Assembly: GCA_024137785.1 (NCBI GenBank)
Contig: JAHRHZ010000095.1
Location: 1,645,851-1,709,850, forward strand
Origin: Ginglymostoma cirratum
Lineage: Eukaryota
Length of the DNA: 64,000 bases
Direction: 5' to 3'
A program made the position numbers and the translations under genes. The notes below the pieces were generated by a model. That model worked only from the letters and a program-made list of their open reading frames with translations, did no database searches and was not told the origin of the DNA. This document shows positions 1 through 12,400 of this stretch, piece after piece (positions within the stretch are counted from its first letter, which is position 1; each line of letters opens with the position of its first letter).

Positions 1-164
1 AATTAAGCAGCACCTCAAGCGAATAATTAATGGGTAGGTGACCTAATTTTAATACCCAGAGGGAAAAAGATGTGGAATAAAAAATCGTAATACTTGGAAA
101 TGAATATACTGGTTGTCCATTTTGGGATATACAGAGAAGTCAGACCAATTAACCGATCTCCTTA

Positions 165-352
165 GTTCCATGACTAGGCAGCTGGTTTGTGGCAGAGTGA
201 GGTGGTGAGCAGAGCATGGGTTCAATTCCTGCACCAGGCAAGATTACCATGAAGCACTCTCCTTCTCAACCTCTCCCCTTGCCTGAGGCATGGTGACCTT
301 CAGGTGAGAGAGCAGCCCTATGGATTGGTATGACTATAGCGACCTTACCTTT
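165..352 (+). mobile_element. tRNA-derived SINE-like repeat
   Basis: B-box-like GGTTCAATTCC followed by ttaccatgaagcactctccttctcaac; a reverse-strand relative lies at about 31300-31450. Confidence 0.55.
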
Positions 353-1229
353 TTTCTGCATTTAATACATTGTCTTTCTACTAAGTTTCATCTGAGAACT
401 GCAGTAGAAGTTAAAACCATTGTCATTATTCAACTAACAAGTATCCATCACACAAAATACTTCACTTCATATAGGAAATAAGATTTTTCACTAATTATGT
501 GGTTTAGACTCTGAGAGCATTCGAGGTCCATCATACCATGACAGTTTGCTCTTGCTTTCTGGCATTTTCTACAATGATCACTCAAATTATAGTTTCCTAT
601 TTGAAAAGATTTTTCTTAGTTCCCTGCCTTCACCTTTAAGCACCCATGCGCTGTTACAATAATATATCCAAACAGCTAATTGATGAAGAATACTATTGGA
701 GCCAAACTTTTATAAATATGTATACACAGAGTTTCACATTACAATCCCTTGTTATCCAACACCATAGTTTTATTCTGGGCTGAATTTTAACACATATTGG
801 ATGTGTAAATTATAGCGAGTTTCATGAAAGATTTTTCTTCATAAGCCCTAGTACGTTTTCGCACATAATTCTCACAACTCACCTCATTAGTTATTACCAT
901 GTCTTTATAGTACCCTGCACACGCCATCATCTGATTAGCAATGGTAGAGGTCCATTAAGTTCTGTTTGCCTTGTTACACTGGCTGTTATAGTATTCTTTC
1001 ATGCAGAAGGTGATGTTCTTCCTGCTCAATGCCCTCTTCTTCCTTCTCAAAAGACTGCTGCTGTTCTCCCAGCTCTTTAGCATCCATCATATGTCAACTT
1101 TAGCTGCTCCATTTGTCCAAACTGGAATTGCAAAGCATTTTGTGGGTTATGTAACACACTCCATCTGGACCGTACTACAAGGTCTCCCTCCATCCGCCCC
1201 CACTCTGACCAGTCCAAGAATTACAAGGT

Positions 1230-2970
1230 TCCTTTGGAGTTTACAAAAATGAGAGGCAATCTTATTGAAACGTATCAGATCCTGAGAGATCTTCACAGAC
1301 TAGGTGCCGAAAGTATTCTTCCCTTTGTTGGAGAGACCAGACCTAGGGGACACAGTTTAAAAATAAGCTGTCTCTGATTTAAGATGGATACGAACAGAAA
1401 TGTTTGCTCCCAGAGAGGAAAATCAAAGAATTACAGACCAGTTGGCGTAACATCTGTGGTGGGGAAATCGTTGGAGTGCAAAATCAAGCATGGATTTCAT
1501 GACCAGTAGGTCATGCCTGATGAACCTCATTGAATTTTTTTAATGAGGTGAGTAAGGTTGTGGACAGGGGAATGTCTGTGGATGTTATTTATATGGACTT
1601 CTAGAAAGCATTGCATAAAGTCCTACATAAGAGACTATAAATTAAGATTGATGTCTGCAGAATTGAGGACAAATAACTGACATAGTTGGGAAATTGGTTG
1701 AATAGCAGGTGACAGAAGGTAAGTGTAACAGGTAGGTACTCAAATTGATAGGATGTGACCAGTGATGTTCCACAAGGATCTGTGTTGGGGCCTCAGTTAT
1801 TCACATTATTTATTAACGACTTAAATAATGATACAGAAAGTCATGTATCCAAATTTGCTGATGACATAAATTTAGGCAATATTGTAGACAGTGGAAATGA
1901 TAACGTAAAATTACAAAGGGACAGTGATAGACTAAGTAAACAGACAAAACTGTGGCAGGTGGAGTTCAATGTAAGCAAATATGAAATTATCCATTTTGAA
2001 CTGAAAAAGGATAGATCAGAGTACTTTCTAGATTGTATGAAGTTAAATACAGTGGATGTCCTAAAGAGACTTGAGGGTTCAGGTGCTTAGATCTTTAAAA
2101 TGTCATGAGCTGGTGCACAAAATACTCAAGAAATCAGGTAGAATGCTGATATTTATATCTAGAGGACTGGAGTACAAGGATGCAGAAGTTATCCTACAGT
2201 TATACAGAACCCTAGTTAGATCCAACTTGGAGTACTGTGAGCAGGTGTGGGCACCACACTATAGGAAGGATATACTGGCTTTGGAGAGAGTATGACATAG
2301 ATTTTCAAGAATGATATGTGGACTTAAGGGGTTATGCTATGAGGAGAGATAATGCAAATTATGCCTGTTTTTTCTAGAATTTAGAAGGTGATCTGATTGA
2401 AGTCTTCAAGATATTAACAGGAAAAGACAACGTAGATAAGATAAACTATTTCAACTGGTTGGTGATTCTATAAGTAGGGGACTTAGTCTGAGAATTGGGG
2501 CCAGGCCGTTCAGGAGATGTAGGAAAGCGCTTCTGAACACAAAGGATGAGTGATTCCGCAAATGGCAGTGGATGCTTGATAATTTTATTTATTATTAATT
2601 TTAAATCTGACAGATAAATTCTTGTTAAGCAAATGTATTAAAGGATATGGGCCAAAGGCAGGGATATAGAGTTAGGCCACAGATCAACTGTGGTCTAACC
2701 GATTCATGGTACGGCTCGAGAGGCTGAATGGCCTACTCCTGTTCCTATGTTGAGAGTTTGTGGAACTCTGTTCCCAATAAAACAGTGAAAGGAGGGTCAT
2801 CAATTTTTTTTAAGGCAACACTTATGAAATTCTTGACTAACAAGGTACTTATTGGTGATAGGTAGAAAAATAGACTTAGGGTCACCATTCAATCAGCCAT
2901 GATATTACTGAATGGCAGAACAGACTGAATGGTTTGAATGGCTTGAACTTCTTCATTTATATGTTAGTAT
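1230..2970 (+). mobile_element. Degenerate CR1 RT fragment (about 1417-2750) nested in the 3' end of another CR1
   Basis: ORFs with VPQGSVLGP, KFADD and LEYCEQVWAPHY. The outer pieces rejoin colinearly with the uninterrupted copy at about 27700-28090. Confidence 0.85.
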
Positions 2971-3391
2971 ATATGTTTCTGCTACGCAAGTAATCCATGC
3001 TTGCTAAGAAAGTATTGCCAGAGTATCACTGGGGAAACCTTTTGGTAGCAAATCTGTTCTGTAAGCTTAACTATGTTCAAAGTAGTAATCAGGATCTATA
3101 TGTTCAAAGTCGTCATCAGGATCTATTTTGTGAGACATTTCCCCTTGCTATTTTTGCTATTGTGTATGACCTGAGCTAATGCCATATTACACAAACTCTA
3201 TGTAAGAGGTGGGAATTAATGGTTCTCAATTTTTCATGCGATCTTAAAAATTACTAAGTGAGATTTGAACAGCTTACATTTTATTGAATTATTTAAGGAG
3301 TGCCAGGAATGAAGCAAAGCTGTTTTCTGTATAATGTTACCCATTCCATGGCCTCTGTTTTGTATAACTTGTTAATTCTTTGTCATTGCAG

Positions 3392-3427
3392 GTGGATATG
3401 CAGCAGCTAAAGCTGCTAAATACGGAG
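3392..3427 (+). CDS. eln: Elastin exon A, KA cross-link domain [12 protein letters not shown]
   Basis: tctttgtcattgcag|GTGGATATGCAGCAGCTAAAGCTGCTAAATACGGAG|gtaaat; 36 nt. Confidence 0.92.
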
Positions 3428-6400
3428 GTAAATCTTCCTATTTTGTAATAACATCAAACTATTACTGTACCAGTAAGCATGGGTTGTTAATAAAATCAAT
3501 AAGAACAATTTTCTTGTTAAATAGAGAACATATATAAATTTTAATCTGTGATCAAGTAAAAAAAAAAACTTCAAGCAGTGTTACATCACTTTCCTGAAGT
3601 TAAACAGATGTGTACAAATATGACTTGTCACTCTCCATTTTAATATCCAGTTGCCAGGAATTTAAGTTTGTATCTGAGAAGCTTTCCCTCATACTAAACT
3701 GGTGACGTTGTAACTAAATAATATCCATTAACATAATGTGCAGAGAATTTGAAGTATGAGGCAGAAGTTTTGCAAAGCAGAATAGTCTTTATTACAGGGA
3801 GAATCGACGAAGTATCTTGCTAGATGAAGAACAAGAATGAAAGGCACAATTCCAGACATATATCTATATGAAATATTTAATGAGCAATCTCTAAGTACTT
3901 GATGAGGGTCCTATATTTGGGAAGTATGGAAGTAGCAAGGTTTACTAGCCAGACTCAGGGACCTTGAGCCAATGCTGGTCAGGGAATATCAGAATCACAA
4001 ACTATTCAATATTCCATTCCTTTCACAGTCTTTCTCCATAATTACTTTATGTTCACTCGATTATTTTCAAATATTGCTTTAAACTGAAGTAGGAAAACAC
4101 TCAATTATTGAAATTAAATCTGAAATTAAGATCTGAGTTGCAATACAATGGTAGTAGTTACCTTGTTAAAATGTTGCAGATTTGTGCAGATATCATAAAA
4201 ATACATTAGCTGCGACTTCAGCATTCTGCGGATGCTGTGTTTAGAGCGATGGCATTTTGTGCGTAGAGTAGAAATGCATGTCATTTATTTTGAAAAGAAC
4301 TTTTGTTAACTCATTGTCTTTTTTTTGTTCTAATTTGAATAATGGTGTTGTCCAGGACATTAATGTTTCCCGTGTATGTTGTGGTTATAATATTAACAGA
4401 CGATTGATTATAATGAAGTACACTAATAAATTTTGCTACTACTGTTTCTGTATGGTCCAAATAGCTATATGACAAATACCAAAGATATTATTAATACATG
4501 GTTATATCACCTAATTAGTAAGTTAGAGAGAAAGATTAAGTAGCCACTGAAAACCAAAAAGTGGCCACCAAAAATCCAAGAAGTACCCCCAGAGAAAATC
4601 TAAAAAAGATCCTCAGAAAGGAAATGAATTTTGACCTGAGACTCACGTTCAAATCAAAAATGATGGCAGAATGATCAGGAGTCAAGCAACACTTGAAGCA
4701 ACAGGAAAGCTCGAGGGAGACAGATTGTTAGGCAGAGCTGAGAAAAGCAGTTATTGTCTTCTTCACAGACATCCCAAACTCCTTTTCAATGATATTAGTC
4801 TCCAAACCTTCCAGCCCGGGGTGGGGTTGAGTGAGTGATGGCAGGATACCAATTTGTAGTTTATAGAAAGAGGCAGAGTCTGAGTGGATACAGTTCAATA
4901 TAGGAAAATATGCTGTGATGGAGATTGAAAGTAAGTAGAGGAAAAGGAAATAACAACCTAACAGATATTAAATGTGAAAAAGCAAGAGAATGAGAATGAC
5001 TATGAAGTATATTGGAGATATTAGATCAGATGACTAAAATCTTCAAGAAAGTGGCGGGGGCGGTGGGGAAATGTCTGAAAGGAAGAAAGTGTTAAGTCCA
5101 GATGTAAGGAGGGAATTTCAGAGGTTGCAGCATACGTAACAGAGGACATTGCAGCCATGGTGAAGAAACTATGATTGGGAATGCACAAGAGGTCAGAATT
5201 AGATGAACGCAGATCTCTGGAGGATTGAGGGGTTGGAGGAATTAATCTTGTCATCCTTTAAAACAGTTCTGAAGTAGGGTGACTGGACTCAAAATATTAA
5301 CTGTACTTTCTCTCACAGATGCTGCCAAAGCTGCTGAGTTCCTCCGAGCAAATTCTGTTTTTGTTTTGGGTTTCCAGCGTCTGCAGTTATTTGTTTAGTT
5401 ATAGGAATCAAAGAACAGATCAATAACCATGGTGATAGGTGAAAAGGGATTTATGCAAATTAAAACGCAGGCAGCAGAGCTTTGAATTTGTGGAGGATGG
5501 AATGTTGGTAATGAGCCAGGAGAACATTGAATTCACTAAATCAAGAATTAGCAATGATAGGAATCAGGGTTTCAACAGCAAATTAACTAGGGTAGGGGCA
5601 AAGTTCAGTGATATTTCTCACATAGAAAAAGCTTGTCTTTAACATAATTAGAAGATCATAAACTGATTGCAGGATTGATTGTGACACCAAACTTGCTGAT
5701 GCAACCTTTGCTGAAGATTCCCTAGGGATCTCTCTACTGCAATTTGTCTCCTATTTAATCTCCACTATTTAGCTTTACTATGTCCAGTCCTATTATAATG
5801 CAAGCAAGTTATTTTCTTTACATCATATTTGAGTTCTTGCCTTCCCCCATTATTACTTTGGCGTCATTCTATTTATTCTTTTAAGCTAATACTACTTCCA
5901 TTTGCAGATTTTCTATTTCTCCAGTTTCCTTGTGAATTCCCATTTGACCATTTCTCCACATGTAATTGTGTGAAAGGGGATAACTACCTGACCTACAGCA
6001 TCTTATATCTTTGATACTTGATGTTCATCTAAAAAAATTTAAGATTTACTAGAATACTATTATTGAATTTAGGTTTCTCACCTTGTAACTCTAAATTTTA
6101 ATTAATATCTTTCAGGGACATGCTTAAAAGCATTAGGTGTTTTCTTTGACAGTTTCATAGTTTGCATGTTGTTCTTCTGACAAACTGACATGCACATGAT
6201 TTTCTGATGAAGGGTTTAGGCCCGAAACGTCAAGTTTTCCTGCTCCTATGATGCTGCTTGACCTGCTGTGTTCATCCAGCCCCATGCTTGTTATCTTGGA
6301 TTCTCCAGCATCTGCAGTACCTTTTATCTCTGATGCACATTCATTGCTGTGTTTGTCAAAACACACTATGATAAAATCCAAAAGTCTTTTGGCCATTATG

Positions 6401-9400
6401 TCTGCCACCTGCTTTTTCAAATGAGGTGAAATAGCTTTCAACCGCACCCTCTGTACATTTTAGGCACTAAGCATAGATTTTTAGTCAAGACGAATCCGTC
6501 CAATTTCCATTTACCTTTTACTTTATTCTCTTCTCTCACAAGTCTTCTTTTTATTTCTAACTGAATCTGAGCCAATTCTAGGTATTTTCAGGTTTTCTCA
6601 ATTCAGTTTTCCTTCCTTTTGTTCTAAATGCTGGGTAATCACTTTAAGGATCTCATCTACTTTCAGTATATCTGCTAAATTCCTCCATTTAGCCTGAATT
6701 AAAGATGTCAAATAATACAATCTTTTGGTCCCAGGATTATCTGAGTTCCAAGTAGGTCATACTGGACTCAAAATGTTAATTTTGTTTCTGTCTCCATAGA
6801 TGCTACTAGACCTGCTGAGTTTCTCCAACATATTCTACTTTTATTTCACAACACAGCTGTTTTATGTCCTGTGCTTGTATGTATCCATTTCTTTACAAGA
6901 GACATAAATCCCTTTTAAATTACAAACATATAAACAAGCATAAATTATGAGCAGAAGCAGACGATTCAATAATACAATGGCTGATCAGTTTGTGGTGCTC
7001 CAAATTTCACATTCACAACTATTCTTGATAACCTTCAAATCCCTTGCCTAACAAGAATTGATCTACTGCCACCTTAAATATTTAATGATCCATCTCTAAG
7101 GCAGAGAGTTCCAAAGTTGCACAGCCCTAAGAAAAAAACAACCCTCATCCTTTCCTAAAAGGATGACGCCTAAGCTTAAAAAAGTATCTACTAATTCTGG
7201 ACTTACCCACAACATTATTTCCACATCCACCTCTCCAAGACTGCTTAGAAGCCAGCATAATCTATCTTTCCTCATAAGAAAACCCACTTATTCCAGGTGT
7301 CAATCTAGTAAACCTTCTCTGAACCACCTCTAGTGTATTTACATCCTTCCTTACATAAGAAGACCAAAACTGCAGGTAGTCTGACCAATGATGTGAGCAA
7401 CACCACAGGACAGGGGAGAAAATTAGTGTGGGTAGTTTAGTATGACAGGGTGAGAAATCTCACTTGCCCTCTCCGCAAGAAACTCTCCAACTACTTGACA
7501 CATCTTGAATTTAACCAAAAAGAACATGAGAATCAGCCTTATATTATTTCATTTTTTCAGTTCCTCAATCTCCTTCATATCCATTCTGATGATGCCACAT
7601 TCCATAATGCTTCCAATATCACATTATTTTCCCTCAATCAAAGATTCCTCCACTGTAGGTGACAATACCAAGAATGACTTCTCTCCTATTTCTTGCACTT
7701 TTAATGTCACTCCTACCCCTGCCCCCACCACCTTCCAGAGTTACAATAATCTTTCCCCTGTGCTCACTTTGCACCACAGCATTCTTCACATAACGTTTTT
7801 TCCTCACAATTTCTTCCATGTTTATAGCAATACTACTACCAAGCACAAATGCCCCTACCTTCCATTTCAGAACTCTGAAGGGACCAATCAGTACAGAACA
7901 TCATAGCTCATTCTATCACAACACTTTTTCTGCAAGAGTGGGAGATGCACCATTTGGCTTTTCACCTCTTCCCATCATCCAAGGTTTCAAACTTGCCTTT
8001 CAGGTGAAACAGCAGTACTCTTGTACTTCCAGTTTGGTAAATTGCATTCTGTACATTAAGGATACCAAACTGAGATTTCCTGATTGATTTGTTGAGCAGT
8101 ACCGTTTATTACAAAAGTCATATCTTGAGCTTACATCACGGACCATTTTTATTCTCCATATCACCCTCACTTCAACTTCTCTTTCCTTGTCTTCCCACAA
8201 GTGTATCTATGGTGGAGGAGGATGAGATTGATGTTCACTCATGACAACAACCTGCATGCAGAGATTTTTTGAGTTGTGATGTTATTTCGTTGCAACTACC
8301 AATTAATTGTGGCCAACCAAGAAGATCTCCCACTCCGACCATCTGCCACAAACGTTTAGGAAGAGTTTACAGATTGATAATGAAACTGATGGGACATACC
8401 TTCTGTGGCCATAAAGTTCAGAGGTCATATTTGAACCCTGAGTGCCTGGCTCAGACATAGAATGCTACCATTACACCATGACATCTGCTATTCCTACCAA
8501 TGATGTAAATGGAAGCTTAAGGAACACATCTCATTTTAGTTAGCTCTTTCTGGACTTAACATTAGGTTCAATAATTTCAGAATGTACCTACTGCTCCCAT
8601 TTTGTTTTAGATGATAGATGTACTTAATGATTCCATTGTTACCATTTACAGTGCTTTTTCATACCTCTTTTGTTGCTTTGCTTGTCCCATTGCCATTCCT
8701 TTACTTAGCACTTTTATTCCTTTCCTTAAATCAATCCAGCCATCTAACCTTTCATAACTTCCCATTTTGTTCTTTCCATCATCACCCTCTCTTTCCCTGC
8801 CAATGAGCTTGTGTAAAACTTGTTACATTTGTAATGTTTTCCAATTCTAATGGAAGGCCACGTTACCTGAGACTTTACCTATGCTTTGTTCTCCAGAGAT
8901 GCAGTCTGACTCTGCTGAGTATTTCAAGTAATTTTGCTTTATATTTAAAGAAAGACTTCTCAGCTTCAGGAGACCAAATTAGATAAAGACAATGAGAATG
9001 TGGTAGAATTGCAGTTGACAAGTCCCTTGGTTTACTTATCAGTCCTGTATCCAATTTTCACCCATCCTGGGCATATGCGTTCAATGTCAGTGATACAGCT
9101 GTGTCATAAAGGGCACAAGGTATTGAAAAGTGGATCCAAGCTTGATGCTGAATCAAGAGCTTTTTCTTTCACACTAATTTATTCACATGAATACAGTCTT
9201 ACAGCTTTCCAGATTATACATGTCAATGTCCCAGTTGGTCCTTTATTTATATATCTCAGCTTAGATATTTTCTAATCAACCTGTTCAGCAATGTTATTAC
9301 ACACTTCTAGAGAAAGTGGGTTTTAGCTTAGGCCTCCAATTAACACACATCACTTGTTTATTCTTAACCATGTCTTGACATTAACAGATGTTAGCATTGC

Positions 9401-12400
9401 AATTATTCACTCAAACAGAACTGTACGAGCTATCATCATATCGTCCTGATGATTCTGATAAAGGAAATGTTAGACCTTGCACTGGCATTAGTTTTGTATG
9501 TAACTTTACTGGACAGATTTTGTATTACAGTCTTATTTCCTTGTGCTGTTAATACAGGAGCGATTCCAGGAGCTGTTCCAGGGGCTATAGCATGTACAGT
9601 TATTTTTTACTTAGTTTAACATTAGATTGATCTGTTATTCTGACATTGGTTACATATTTTCATTTTATTGACTCATTTTTGGTGACAATGTCATAAGGCC
9701 AACTGACGGAGGTTTAAACTTAATTTCGCTATATTAATGATCTAATTGATTTCAATAGTACATTATTCAGCTGTCTAGGCTTTAGAACTCTTGTTGATTC
9801 TTTGCTAGGAGCTCATTTATATTGATTACTACTATCCAGTGTTGTTACTGGCAGGAAGTTTCATATTTGACGTAGATTTGCCTGCAACACCACTGTTGCA
9901 TATTACTGCTTGTACCAATCATTTGATGTACAGTAAGATATGACTGTGGTAGATTTTTTTTAACCTATGATACCTCAACGTCAGTGCTTTCCTTCTGTTT
10001 CCAGCAGTAATTCAGTTATGTTGCTGTTTATAATATTGCATTGTTGGACTGGGTGTACTTAAAATAACTGTCAAAAATTACTAGTTATAAAACATGCTAA
10101 CTTTATTTTAACACATTTGCAGTTGTGAGAACATTCCCATAAACTATTTCCATGCTACTTTCTCGTGAGTCATTGTGAAACCAAGTCACTTCCTTCTACA
10201 AATCAGATACTGTTACAGCAAATGCTTTATGGACATAGTTTGACATATTACATTATGCTATCTCCCACCAATCTCACAAGTCAAACTTCAACCTTTAACC
10301 TTTTCTAATGTTCCTGGAAACATACAGCTTCTGTCTCCTAGTCATTCTGAGACTTCTGAGATAGATTCAGTGCTTTGAATTCTTGTAGGAAATGTAACTT
10401 CTTTGTGCTGTCTCAAGTAAATAAAAAATAGATTGACTCCATGGAAGGAAGACTGTGAACGTAGATTCCTACTTATCCACATACATTTTAATATCACAGG
10501 TCGAAGGTATTAACGTAGGGACAGAATAAGAAATAGAGGAAACTTACCAAAGCAGATGAAACACTATGACATTGATTGCAGTGCAAGAATATCATCAGAT
10601 CTTCAACAATAAGGTCAGGTTTGGATCAGAAATCAACGAAGTTTGGAGAAACAGTGGAGAGATCATCACACCTGAGATCTTGTATTTTTCAGATGGAACA
10701 GGACATGTCGCAAAAAGCATGCAGAACTTCGATTGCATTTAAGCAACACAGTAAAAAGCAGAGACCCTGGGGTCAAACCCCAAACCATCTACGAGTGCAA
10801 ATTCTGTTTGGAGGACCAACAGCAGAATGAGAATGCTTTATTGCCAATAAGAGCTGAATGAGAAACAGTAAATGAGTTAAAAACAGCACAATGCTTATTG
10901 TAGTAAGAAAATTGAGAATCTCAAAAAAAACTGGAGATAGGAGAAGAGAGGACAGGAAAAGAATAGAAAGAAAAGAAAGGTGTGATGATCTTTCCACTGT
11001 TTCTCCAAACTTCGTTGATTTCTTTCTTTTCTTTCTATTCTTTTCCTGTCCTCTCTTCTCCTATCTCCAGTTTTTTTTGAGATTCTCAATTTTATTGCTT
11101 CGATAAGCATTGTGCTGTCTCTGAGGAGACCAGTGTGGTAAGAGACCAGCTGACCATCCAGGGAGAGAGGAAGAGAGAAAGCAGCTTCGAAGACCCAGAG
11201 ACAGGCAGAGAGAGAGACAGAAATTGCGTTAATCCACAAGAAACTTGGGAAGTATTAATTGGCATGGCGGTCTCTCGGCCCGACATTGCAGTCTCTTTGC
11301 GCAGTGTTGTGACCTCTTGGCCCGGTGTGGTGGTCCCGGAGCCCAGTGTGGTGGTCTCTCAGCCCAGCGTGGCCTCAGCATGGACATCTGGCCTCAAGGT
11401 AATTCCAAAGCAGTCTCCCAGCCTTGAGAGCCTTGAGGTGAAGCACAGCATGACCTGGAGTCAAGGCCTGATGAGGACAGGCAACCAGGTACCAGTGTAG
11501 AATGGGTTGGAAGGACTGTTGTTCTGAACTTATTTTTCTGTATTTTCAAATTTATTCCTACAGTCTGAAATGCTGGACTTTTTTTCCTATTTTTCTAAAT
11601 TTTTTTTCCTAACAGCTTGTACTGAAGAATCTGTACCTAGGTAACTTGTATCAAAGATAGTGCCATAAGTGGCACCTTGTAAACTTCTCACTCTTTTCAT
11701 TTGAATACGTGTGACAATAAAGCTAATTCAGTTCAATTCCATATTAGTTGAACATCTTCATTCTTTATCAGTAATACCTTTATATTTCTGACATCTCTCT
11801 GAGCTTCTCACTTAGCCTGAAGAAACCTTAATGGGCTTATATGAACAAACTCAAATGAACCCATAAACTCTTGAAACTTTATTCTCTCAAACTGTGGGCT
11901 TTTGCCTGCCATCACAGTATCAGGAATCCCATGGACTGCAAGAAATTCTTTCAATGACTTTTTCACTGCTCTGCTGTGTGAGCGTATTACTGTTTCACTT
12001 TTATCTACCTCAAGTAGTAATCTACTACTATTATAAGCCTCTTTCCTCTTTTATGTGTGCATCAATTCCAGGTGTTTCCATGGCTTTGTCAGAGTAGGCG
12101 ATGGCATCAGTGGTCCTTCGATTCCTATTATACATGTGATACATTTGGATATCATTTCTTCCACTGACTTTGAGACCTGCCAACAAACTAAATATCGTAC
12201 TCTGGCTCTGTACTTGTGCCTAAATTACCTCAATGTAGGCATTAAAATTTCACACTTCAAATGATTTTATGATTACTAATCTATCATCAAAACCTCATTT
12301 ACTGTCAGATGTGCTCTCTGCTCAAAAATACGGTCTCAAAGTAGGAATATATGGGATATATGTTGGCTTTCTGTCATAAAATTCTTGCAAAGTCTCACAT

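Noticed and set aside
3071-3126. Short tandem duplication (tatgttcaaagt...atcaggatctat)
   Set aside because: Two copies only; simple local slippage with no evidence of function.
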